Shown: in pieces, positions 11,252 through 20,568 of the stretch | Layout of the letters: each line of letters starts with the position of its first letter | How positions within the stretch are numbered: the first letter of the stretch is position 1 | Source: Ignavibacteriota bacterium | Lineage (GTDB): Bacteria; Bacteroidota; Ignavibacteria; UBA10030 | DNA length: 64,000 bases | Assembly (NCBI GenBank): GCA_963701295.1 | Contig: OY969585.1 | Coordinates: 32,001-96,000 of the forward strand | Reading direction: 5' to 3' | Made by a program: the position numbers and the translations under genes | The notes under the pieces: generated by a model | The model's input: the letters and a program-made list of their open reading frames with translations, nothing else | The model's database searches: none | Told to the model about the DNA's origin: nothing

Positions 11252-13156
11252 TTATCGTTTTAGTATATGGTTTATTGCCGTCTTCCGGTGATACAAAAAA
11301 CCAATACATACCCGAGCGTCTTCCGATGCTACGGAAACCTTCCCAGTGTTGTCGATCGCTTTAATATGATAGCTCCAATAGGCATCCTTATCTGCAGGAA
11401 TACTGGTTGGAACAGCAGGAGGACTATCAGTAAAGGATGATGAGGTAATTGAAGTTGAATTTATTTTAGTGTAAGAAGGTGTGCATCCATCATAGTAGAT
11501 AGAACGATAAATGTCGTAGTGGTGATTCCCGGGTTGAGTCATATGAGGATCTATATTCCCTGTCCAAGAAAGTGCGACAGAATCGTAACTTGTATATAAG
11601 CCCTGCACATTCATCGGTTTAGCTGGTGATGCTTGTTCCGGATTATTTACAAAGAGATTCAGATCGAAAACATCTTCTCCATTCGGCCCTACATGTTTCC
11701 CAACAATTTCAACTGCAATAGAAGTTGGGGAATTATTCCAAGTGTTGCTGTTCGGATTGCTCCAAGGTGAAAAAACCTGATTGTACCCAATATTATATGG
11801 ATCTCTAGGATCCCCTTTATATCTGTCAACATGGACTGCTTGTCCATTTTCACAATAATAGAATGCTTCACATATCCATTTACCATTCGATAATTGCTTG
11901 TCAGTAGGCAACATATCTCTTCCATCATAACCCGCCGGATTTGCAATTGTCTGACTAAATGCCGGTATTGGATTGATACCCCAACCAGGACCGGGATTAA
12001 ACCAATACGGAATAATCCAGTTGAACCTTCCTTCAGCAACTTCCATATCGTAGTTTGGCTGTGCAGCTGTCGTATCCTTGATATGATAGATGAAAATGCC
12101 CTTGCCTGGTCTGTCTGTGTTGGGATCATCGTAAATACAAAGCTTTTGATGATTCTGAATGAGAAAAGCTTCTTTAGTTCCAGGGATTGCAATTTTCAAG
12201 ACTTGACCTGTTGTGACATAATCTCCAAGTGTAGCTGATTGGCTATTTAATACGTTGATATAAGGTATCCACCCCAACTTTTGTCTTTCCCATCCCGTGG
12301 CAACATTTCCTTGACCCATCAAAATACCCGACATCCCTGCTGATGCATAACCACTATCATCGCGATTTGAATATTCTGGATGGCCACCACCCAATAAAAG
12401 GTGACCATATTCATGCTTCATAGAAGGCATAAAACCTGCCATACCTTGCCAACCACCGGAATTCGTTATCCCTGAACCAGGAAAACCAAATTTCAGTATT
12501 TTGCCGTTAAGTGTTAAATCTGGTTCATTGATACCCAATGCAGCGACCCCTTGTGCTTTATCTCCTGGAGGATATATACTCTGGCGGTAAAGAACAATAA
12601 TAAGATCCACTATGCCATCGGGTGTATTGGGCGTATGTGCATTTCTGATATCTTTCCAGTTATCATATTCCGCATAGTTGATCTGGGAGTTAAGAGTACC
12701 TAATACTTCCTTCGTTACTTTTCCGTAGGCATTATTGCCTAAATGAAGTGTATCTCTATAATAATTTTCGGTATGTTGTGTAATGACAAAGTAACCCTTT
12801 CCATAAATTTTAAGTGCATCAAAAGACATTTTTCTATAGTAATCCGAAAAACTCCACGGCATGGATACCTGTGCTTCCGTAGAATCTAAATAGGTATTAA
12901 GAAAAACGGGCGCTTGATTAAGTGGCCACTCACTACTCTCTGGGTGGGAATGATCACCCAAGAATTGAATAAATACTGCCAATGCTTTAATCGTGCCTTT
13001 AGAAGTGATATACAAGCCCTTATTGGAAATTGGAGCGCCGTTTTTGTCTTCAACGTTCGGGCGTACTGTGTGGAGATTGATTTGCGGGAATAAATCAATC
13101 GAGAAGAAGAACACAAGAATTAGGGGTGTCAAAAATATTCTAAGTAATGTAGTCAC
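11252..13156 (-). CDS. Secreted M6-like zinc metalloprotease with FN3 domain
   Basis: Signal peptide, HEYGHLLLGGGH, WER..LGW, FSPWSNP, C-terminal FN3-like segment. Confidence 0.75.
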   Translation of the reverse strand: MTTLLRIFLTPLILVFFFSIDLFPQINLHTVRPNVEDKNGAPISNKGLYITSKGTIKALAVFIQFLGDHSHPESSEWPLNQAPVFLNTYLDSTEAQVSMPWSFSDYYRKMSFDALKIYGKGYFVITQHTENYYRDTLHLGNNAYGKVTKEVLGTLNSQINYAEYDNWKDIRNAHTPNTPDGIVDLIIVLYRQSIYPPGDKAQGVAALGINEPDLTLNGKILKFGFPGSGITNSGGWQGMAGFMPSMKHEYGHLLLGGGHPEYSNRDDSGYASAGMSGILMGQGNVATGWERQKLGWIPYINVLNSQSATLGDYVTTGQVLKIAIPGTKEAFLIQNHQKLCIYDDPNTDRPGKGIFIYHIKDTTAAQPNYDMEVAEGRFNWIIPYWFNPGPGWGINPIPAFSQTIANPAGYDGRDMLPTDKQLSNGKWICEAFYYCENGQAVHVDRYKGDPRDPYNIGYNQVFSPWSNPNSNTWNNSPTSIAVEIVGKHVGPNGEDVFDLNLFVNNPEQASPAKPMNVQGLYTSYDSVALSWTGNIDPHMTQPGNHHYDIYRSIYYDGCTPSYTKINSTSITSSSFTDSPPAVPTSIPADKDAYWSYHIKAIDNTGKVSVASEDARVCIGFLYHRKTAINHILKR

Positions 13157-13902
13157 GCAGGTATGTCTTGTATTATATATAAGTTGAAATATATCAGAAG
13201 CAATGTAACAATTTTTTTCTAAACCGCAGTAGGGTTATAAAAATAATCCGAAGAAATAAAGTGTATTGTTCTGGTGGTCAATAATTGAAAGTTTTCAGTG
13301 TGGCAGTCTACTCCCGCTTCGCAGAATCGCGATCGCATGGCACTAAAAGTGCTACGGATTTATGCAATCGATCGCTAAGGCGTACCACATAACAAAATAG
13401 TGGGAATGTTTATGGAGAAAAGTGTTTTAATTTTATTCATGCCTATGATTACCTGATGTGAAACCGCTAAACCGCCTGCATCAGAAACATTCTTCCTTTA
13501 TCAGATAGCCAGGGCTTGTTAATGGATAAATACCAACTTATCATTGGCTCGTAATCTGGGGCAGGGCAATCAAAAAGCGATGTATGAAATCAGGTCATCG
13601 CATGCTCGCGGAACATCAATCCTAAAGGAAATATCCTTTTTCCCATGAAGGGCGATTTAATCGTGACACCCATCACAGTTAAACTTAAATATAAATGAGA
13701 TGAGTTAAACCAAATAGCAATTATACAGTTCTAATATATGTTATAAAAAATAGTTAGAAGTAGGGAAATCATTCGGGGACAGGTTATTCTTGCCCCAGTA
13801 ATCTTGACTGTGAGAGGTAATTTGTTCCACATCTTCAAGAGCTTTATATAGTCTTTCACGTGGAAAAGAGGGATGGTTGATTGAAATCTGATGTCATAAT
13901 CT

Positions 13903-13918
13903 TGGTACAGAACTTGGA
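13903..13918 (+). promoter_or_regulatory. Possible sigma54 -24/-12 promoter (degenerate -12)
   Basis: TGGTACA-GAAC-TTGGA about 80 bp upstream of the pilin-like gene; -12 is GG rather than GC. Confidence 0.3.
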
Positions 13919-13994
13919 TATATTACATTGACGGGACGAATTGGATAACAAAAGCATTTCATTTTATACTTAATATTTTATTGGAGGTTTCATT

Positions 13995-14378
13995 ATGGGA
14001 CAACAACAATTATTGCTTATCATCCTCGGCGTTATCATTGTCGGTATCGCAATTGCCGTCGGATTAAGCTTGTTTACCGCAAACAGTATTCAGGCAAACA
14101 AAGATGCTATAATTAACGATGTTAACAATATTGCCGCAAATGCATATCAGTATAGAATTCGTACAACAACTATGGGTGGTGGTAATAATGCTTATGACGG
14201 CTATAACATTCCATCAAGACTGTCGTCGAATTCTAATGCTACATACGTTGCAGTTGGAGCCGGTCAAACCTGTACAATTACAGGTGCTTCTATAGCAAAC
14301 TCAGGCTGCACAGTTGTAGGATCTGTAGATGCAACCGGCAAATTGACTTTGAGTTTCACAGGATCAGATTTCCAGTAA
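13995..14378 (+). CDS. Type IV pilin-like protein (MGQQQLLL family)
   Basis: Minimal leader MG/QQQ, 20-residue hydrophobic helix, two C-terminal Cys; GGAGG RBS. Confidence 0.75.
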   Translation: MGQQQLLLIILGVIIVGIAIAVGLSLFTANSIQANKDAIINDVNNIAANAYQYRIRTTTMGGGNNAYDGYNIPSRLSSNSNATYVAVGAGQTCTITGASIANSGCTVVGSVDATGKLTLSFTGSDFQ

Positions 14379-14418
14379 GCTCCATACCTGAAAAAGGCAT
14401 AGAAGTTTTTTCTGTCGT

Positions 14419-14456
14419 CCCAACCATCTTCTGCACGAAGATGGTTGGGCTTTTTT
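14419..14456 (+). terminator. Rho-independent terminator
   Basis: 13-bp stem CCCAACCATCTTC/GAAGATGGTTGGG followed by CTTTTTT. Confidence 0.85.
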
Positions 14457-15152
14457 ATGTGCCTAAGGCTAAAAGAGCCGGAGGATAGAGCTATCACTGG
14501 CAACAGCCTGAGTCTCATTTCATTTACTTTCGATTTCCTCATGAACAGTACACACCAGTGCATTAGCTGAAGAATAGCTTTCATGTCGTCTTCCGTTCGA
14601 GATCGCATACATGGTTCTCCACACATTGTATGCAAACCATTGGCGCAAATATAATCTACCGTGTTACATCACAACCTTAGGCAGATTTACAATATTTATG
14701 GTGAGCATAGGATTAGTGCAAAATTGTAAGCCAGAGACTTATGAACCTTCACTCAAAAGTGAAGTGAATGGAACTCAGTCCGATCGGATAATCAGAGAGC
14801 ATTGTTTGAAATGGAAATTCCAAGACGAAGAAGGATTCTATTGAAACCGATGAAATTTACTTGGTCTTAGTGTAAAATAAGAGAGAGAGAATGAAATCCA
14901 ACAGTATATGCTATCTCAGAAATATTCTTATCTTTAGTAAGTAATAATTCGATAGTTCTTTTTAAGCAAATAATTCGTATGAATTCTTTTACCGGTTGAC
15001 CCAAGACAGCATGTATTTTGCGGTATAATTTCATTTTATTGTATTTAAGGAAAAAATTTGAAGAGTGCAGGAGTCGCCCAAACTGATTTTGTTTCTTGCA
15101 GGGGCATAATTCTTTAACTAACCAATTTCAATCGATTCAATAATTGACAACA

Positions 15153-17033
15153 ATGAAAAAACTTGCGCACATCATGGCATTTCTCATCGCCATTGCCACT
15201 GCCACACCGGTCTTTTCGGGAAACGGTTATAAAAACTTTGAGGTTGCCGTCTACGCCCGCGCTTATGAAGTACGAAAAATGGACAGCTTGCAATGGCTCG
15301 AACCAATATGGAACGAAATTTCCCAACAAGTAAAGATCGATAAAATCTATCTTGAAACCCATCGCGACCAGATACTAGTTGATGAGAAAACAATTGAATC
15401 AGCCAAAAAGTTTTTCGAAACAAGGGGTGTAAAAGTTGCGGGAGGTATTACCTATACAATTAACGAGAGCAACCGTTATCAGACATTTTGTTATACAAAC
15501 CCCGAACACCGGAAGAAAGTAAAGGAAATCGCAGAATATACGGCTAAGCATTTTGATGAAATTATTCTTGACGATTTTTTCTTCACCAACTGCAAATGCG
15601 AATTATGCATCAAGGCCAAAGGGGATTTAACCTGGACCCAATACCGCCTGAAACTCATGAAAGAAGCTGCGCAGGAGTTGGTAATAAAACCTGCTCAAGC
15701 AATAAATCCTAAAGTAAAAATAGTGATTAAATTTCCAAACTGGTACGAACACTTTCAGGGACTGGGTTTTAATTTGGAGGCAGAGCCTAAATTATTTGAC
15801 GGAATTTATACTGGGACAGAAACACGCGATCCTCTTCGCAGCGGACAACATCTCCAGCAATATGAAAGCTATCTCATCTTTCGTTACTTTGAAAACATTA
15901 AACCAGGCGGCAATGGCGGTGGATGGGTTGATCCCGGCGGGATGTTGTATATGGACCGTTATGCGGAACAGCTTTGGATGACACTCTTTGCCAAAGCGCC
16001 TGAAATTACGCTTTTCGATTTCCGACAATTGCAACGACCTATTCATCTCACAGATCGTGCTGAATGGCAGGGATCACACACCAGCTTCGACTTCGACGAA
16101 ATGCTGAAACCAATCCAGTTCCAAAATGGAAAAACGGTAACGTCCACAACCATTGCACGTGCGGCCGGCTATACGTTCGAACACGTTGATTCCATACTTG
16201 GAAAATTGGGAAATCCGATAGGCATTAAGAGCTATAAACCGTATAATTCGCTGGGCGAAGATTTTCTCCAGAATTTTCTTGGTATGGCAGGAATTCCAAT
16301 GGATATTGTGCCCGATTTTCCTGCTGAGGCAAAAATGATTCTCCTTACAGAATCGGCAAAGTTCGACCCCCTCATTATAGACAAAATCAAAGCACAGTTA
16401 TACGCCGGCAAAAACGTAATGATTACATCCGGATTACTCAGGGCATTACAAGGCAAAGGGATCGAAGATATTGTGGAACTCCGAAACACCGACAGAAAAG
16501 TATTGACGAAAGAATTTGTTATCGGCCGGCAAAATAATTGTTTGGCAAAAAAAGAAGTATTGATTCCTCAAATACAATACCTTACCAATGATTCATGGGA
16601 AGATATATCATGCATTGCATCGGGGAGTGGATGGCCTATTCTCCATCAGGCCCGTTATGCAAACGGTTCACTTTTTATATTGATAATTCCCGAAGATTTT
16701 GGCGATCTGTACAATCTGCCCCCCGAAGTTTTAAACAGGATCAGAAGTGTACTGTCACAGGACATCAAAGTACGCATTGAAGGTTCGGCACAAGTCAGCC
16801 TGTTTGTATACGATAACGGTACATTTATAGTGGAATCATTCCTGCCGAAAAAGGTCAATATCAAAATCATAACTGACAACAAGATCAGCAAACTCAATAA
16901 TATTCTTACCGGTGAGGAAATTACCGGTAACGCTGCACAAGCCAATCAGATATGGGGAAGGGAAAAAGAAGAGACTACGGCATTCAACGTTACTGTCAAG
17001 CCACATTCCTACATTGTATTTCAGTGTAGATAA
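15153..17033 (+). CDS. Secreted uncharacterised glycoside-hydrolase-like protein
   Basis: Signal peptide; FCY..P, EIILDDFFFTNCKCELC, TETRDP; layout resembles GH42-like TIM barrels. Confidence 0.6.
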   Translation: MKKLAHIMAFLIAIATATPVFSGNGYKNFEVAVYARAYEVRKMDSLQWLEPIWNEISQQVKIDKIYLETHRDQILVDEKTIESAKKFFETRGVKVAGGITYTINESNRYQTFCYTNPEHRKKVKEIAEYTAKHFDEIILDDFFFTNCKCELCIKAKGDLTWTQYRLKLMKEAAQELVIKPAQAINPKVKIVIKFPNWYEHFQGLGFNLEAEPKLFDGIYTGTETRDPLRSGQHLQQYESYLIFRYFENIKPGGNGGGWVDPGGMLYMDRYAEQLWMTLFAKAPEITLFDFRQLQRPIHLTDRAEWQGSHTSFDFDEMLKPIQFQNGKTVTSTTIARAAGYTFEHVDSILGKLGNPIGIKSYKPYNSLGEDFLQNFLGMAGIPMDIVPDFPAEAKMILLTESAKFDPLIIDKIKAQLYAGKNVMITSGLLRALQGKGIEDIVELRNTDRKVLTKEFVIGRQNNCLAKKEVLIPQIQYLTNDSWEDISCIASGSGWPILHQARYANGSLFILIIPEDFGDLYNLPPEVLNRIRSVLSQDIKVRIEGSAQVSLFVYDNGTFIVESFLPKKVNIKIITDNKISKLNNILTGEEITGNAAQANQIWGREKEETTAFNVTVKPHSYIVFQCR

Positions 17034-17177
17034 TGTTATGATACCAACATCAAGATTGCCATTGATCCGGTTACACATGATCAAAAGAGTAAAATATTCC
17101 ATTCTACGTGTGGATATATCACCTGTTATTCGTCCAGGAATAAGAATTTGGCCAGTTGATAAGATAATAACAAATTA

Positions 17178-17533
17178 ATTGCGCCTTACCTAAGCGTTCA
17201 AGCATCTTCTCGCTCTTAATTTTTCCGGCAATCACCATAAATATATTCTCAGGAATCGAGAATATCCATGCGCTGATCTCGCCAAGATTTATGACAGGGC
17301 GATTAGTAAACCGAATCTCCATTATGACCAGTTCCCTCATGCAGATGCGAAGAATGCAATGAAGCAAATGGGAATGGGTGAAAGTGTCGTGGACAAATTG
17401 AATAAATTTATGAAATCGATGGATGAGGATAAAATTCTGGACGATGATCGCCATACGCCTGAATACAACAACTACGACAGCAGAAGAGTTCGCATAGGTG
17501 TTTAAATCGGTTTACGAACGGATAAAAGGTTAA
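17178..17533 (+). pseudogene. C-terminal remnant of an NmrA-family NAD(P)-binding protein
   Basis: KHLLALNFSG..AISKPNLHYDQFPHADAKNAMKQMGMGESVVDKL, a frameshift near 17466, then TTTTTAEEFA*VFKSVY with an internal stop. Confidence 0.65.
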
Positions 17534-17830
17534 ATATAAAGTATCAATAAATCTTCACACCGATAGAATTCGAGTTGAAGAAATGATAACAACGAACTCT
17601 GGAGCAGAGTTAAAGAGGAGAGGAATATCCACTCAAAGACGAAACATTATACATCCAAGATCAATCGTATAGAGCGAGTAAATGCCATCCTGAATGGCAA
17701 TAAGCGAGGGAAATTCAACATCTTTCTCTCCATCAACCTTGTTTTTCCATCTCAGCAGAATTTGATTTAGGCAAAAAATACACGATATTATATAGAATTG
17801 TTTTTAAAATTTCTGATGAAAGAGCCGCAG

Positions 17831-19654
17831 ATGGAAAATTCACAGGTGCATACATTTCATATTCCCGTTTTGGGATTAGCATTTTCTATCGATACGCCTA
17901 TCCGCGTTGGACGGTTCGGCATTTCGTCGGTTATATCAATTGTCGATGACATTCTGATTGAACATATGCGGAAGCATTATGCTCACCTTCATGGAGAATC
18001 TTATATTCCAATTACTGTACGGGACGAAGATTACCGCGCACGCAGAATCACTGCCTATCTCAACCTCGTTCAGAAAATCGTTCGGAAACAAATTGCTGAC
18101 CTAAAGATTTCGGCATTTGAAAAAGGAAGTGATATTGTAAAGTATTTCGAAATGTTGTCAGAGCATTCACCGCTGAAAGCGTTGTATCATCGGATGCTCC
18201 ATACGAATGACACAGCCAAACAATCTGAATTGCAGGATGAGCTGCGGATCAAGATCGTCCCCGGTGACATCGATGTGAACATCATGACGAAACTCGACAA
18301 GGTCAATACCGGGCGGAATCAAGAGCAGCTGCCATTGGAATTCACGGATGCGCTTGCATCGTTACGCGGATTTGCACTCAGCGACCTCAATTCATCGGTT
18401 GTTCTCTCTGCAGGATTGAATCCTCGATTGTTCAGTTACATGGGACAACGTCCAGAATTTTTCCCTGATGAAAACGGCAGCCTGAGGAAAAGGGTTATCC
18501 TCAAAGTCAGCGATTATCGCTCTGCTCTTATCCAGGGAAAGATTCTTGCAAAGAAAGGAATTTGGATTTCAGAATTTCGTATTGAATCCGGATTGAATTG
18601 CGGCGGCCATGCTTTTCCCTCGCATGGATTTTTGCTCGGACCAATTCTCGAAGAATTCAAAACTCATCGTACATCACTATTGTCAGAATTAGAACAAATC
18701 TATGCAGTGGCATTACAGGAAAAAGGAATTCCTCTTCCTCCCTCTATGCCGTTTCGAATAACAGTTCAAGGCGGGATTGGCACAGCAAAGGAAGACACGT
18801 TTTTACGTGAATATTACTGTGTCGAAGGGACAGGCTGGGGATCACCGTTCCTCCTTGTCCCTGAAGCAACCAATGTGGATGAGAGAACAAGACAGATGCT
18901 TGCTCATGCCGGGAGAGAAGATTATTACATCAGCGATGCTTCACCACTTGGAGTACCATTTAACAATCTTCGAGGAAGCACGAGCGACCTGCTTCTACAA
19001 CAGCGCGCTAACGACGGAAAACCCGGAAGCAAGTGCACGAAAAAATTCCTTGTCTCTAATACAGAATTTACAACAGAGCCGATATGTACTGCATCCAGCC
19101 AATACCAGGAACTCAAGATTGACCAACTAAAAAAACAGAATCTCTCGCCACATGTCTTCTTAGAAAAACTTGCGAGAGTAGTTGAAAAGGCATGTCTCTG
19201 TGAAGATCTTGCTGCATCGGGACTCATCAATAGTAATGGGCATGGACCGGCGAAAGAACGCGCTGTTGCCGTGTGCCCTGGCCCGAATCTTGCTTACTTC
19301 TCAAAGATTGCCTCGCTGGAAGAGATGGTTGGACATATCTATGGACGCTTACAGCTTCTGACCGACCCGAATCGCCCTAACTTGTTCATCAACGAGTTGA
19401 GGTTGTATGTGGATTATATGAAACAAGAAATTCAGAAACATCTCGACTCGTGGAATGCAAAAGAACAAAAATATTTCGATACATTTCGAAAGAATCTTCA
19501 GGATGGCATCGCACATTACAAGGCCTTAATACCGAAACTAATAGAAGAGACGGACCGCTACCGAGAGACAATGCGGAATGAACTACTGGCGCTCGAACAA
19601 GAATTATTAGAAATTGTCATCCCTTCTCTTGAAGTACCTGAGTTTGCACACTAA
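17831..19654 (+). CDS. Conserved hypothetical protein, probable FMN TIM barrel (NMO/FabK-like) with Cys cluster
   Basis: SAGL, ESGLNCGGH, VQGGIG, GWGSPFL..PEA; CTKKFL, ICTAS, CLC, VCPG. Confidence 0.6.
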   Translation: MENSQVHTFHIPVLGLAFSIDTPIRVGRFGISSVISIVDDILIEHMRKHYAHLHGESYIPITVRDEDYRARRITAYLNLVQKIVRKQIADLKISAFEKGSDIVKYFEMLSEHSPLKALYHRMLHTNDTAKQSELQDELRIKIVPGDIDVNIMTKLDKVNTGRNQEQLPLEFTDALASLRGFALSDLNSSVVLSAGLNPRLFSYMGQRPEFFPDENGSLRKRVILKVSDYRSALIQGKILAKKGIWISEFRIESGLNCGGHAFPSHGFLLGPILEEFKTHRTSLLSELEQIYAVALQEKGIPLPPSMPFRITVQGGIGTAKEDTFLREYYCVEGTGWGSPFLLVPEATNVDERTRQMLAHAGREDYYISDASPLGVPFNNLRGSTSDLLLQQRANDGKPGSKCTKKFLVSNTEFTTEPICTASSQYQELKIDQLKKQNLSPHVFLEKLARVVEKACLCEDLAASGLINSNGHGPAKERAVAVCPGPNLAYFSKIASLEEMVGHIYGRLQLLTDPNRPNLFINELRLYVDYMKQEIQKHLDSWNAKEQKYFDTFRKNLQDGIAHYKALIPKLIEETDRYRETMRNELLALEQELLEIVIPSLEVPEFAH

Positions 19655-19833
19655 CTGCTTTTAAGTACAAAGCGGAACATATTCCCTCTACTGTTTTTCA
19701 ATCTTCGTAAGTATAGATTATTTCTTCTGATGGAAAGCTAGAAACGAGCGTACATAGTTTCACAATTTATAACCATCCATTTTTCCCATCTCGCTTTTTA
19801 GTCATTCTATGGTCTGATTGCCTTCGGACACAA

Positions 19834-19851
19834 ATGTCGTAAAAATGACAT
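19834..19851. promoter_or_regulatory. Imperfect palindrome, candidate operator of the downstream XRE regulator
   Basis: ATGTCG-N6-TGACAT about 70 bp upstream of the HTH gene. Confidence 0.35.
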
Positions 19852-19917
19852 AATAAAGGCGCAACAAGTAAAACTATCAGTTCGTATCTTTATTGTAAAT
19901 TTGAAAGGACAACTTGT

Positions 19918-20556
19918 ATGAAAAACGAATTATTAGGCAAACGGGTGAAAGAATTAAGAGTAAAGAATGCTTTTTCTCAGGAATTTTTGGCGGAGGAGTG
20001 TAAAGTAAGCTTAAGAACAATTCAGAGAATTGAAAACGGCGTCACCATTCCTCATGGATATACATTATCAAGACTGGCAATGGCACTACACGTTAGCCCA
20101 GACGAATTGGTAGACTGGTCGAAACAGGAAGACAAGGGACAATTGAATCTTCTGAACCTTTCTGCGCTCACACTCTTAATAAATCCCTTCCTGGGAACTA
20201 TCATTCCATTAGCTCTTTGGATTACCAAAAGGGACAAGATAGAACATGTGGATGAAACCGGTAAAAAACTGCTCAACTTCCAAATAACCATGCTGATCAT
20301 GATTTCATTAGTAATCATTCTCTTTGTAGTGGCAATTTTCGTTTTCAGACCAGACGAAGTTATCATTGGATCTGCAAGAAGTTGGGCAGAACACGGCGGT
20401 CATACAAGCTTTTTTACTATGGTTGCTGCCTTCATATTCCTTGGGTGTCTTGGATTGTATTATGTATATAGTATCATTATGATTGTGAAAAATTCGATTC
20501 GAATTCAAAAAGAATTGCCAGTTATTTATAAACCGACAATAAACTTTATCAAATAA
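19918..20556 (+). CDS. XRE-family HTH protein with DUF4870-like membrane domain
   Basis: SQEFLAEECKVSLRTIQRIENG; IPLALW..GK..LNFQIT membrane segment. Confidence 0.85.
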   Translation: MKNELLGKRVKELRVKNAFSQEFLAEECKVSLRTIQRIENGVTIPHGYTLSRLAMALHVSPDELVDWSKQEDKGQLNLLNLSALTLLINPFLGTIIPLALWITKRDKIEHVDETGKKLLNFQITMLIMISLVIILFVVAIFVFRPDEVIIGSARSWAEHGGHTSFFTMVAAFIFLGCLGLYYVYSIIMIVKNSIRIQKELPVIYKPTINFIK

Positions 20557-20568
20557 AGGATATGAAAA

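Noticed and set aside
13280-13680. Possible riboswitch (e.g. c-di-GMP) upstream of the pilin-like gene
   Set aside because: Small hairpins are present, but no conserved aptamer core could be matched by eye
14264-14844. ORFs 14264..14635(-) and 14611..14844(+)
   Set aside because: One overlaps the pilin-like gene and terminator; neither has a motif or RBS, so probably spurious or debris
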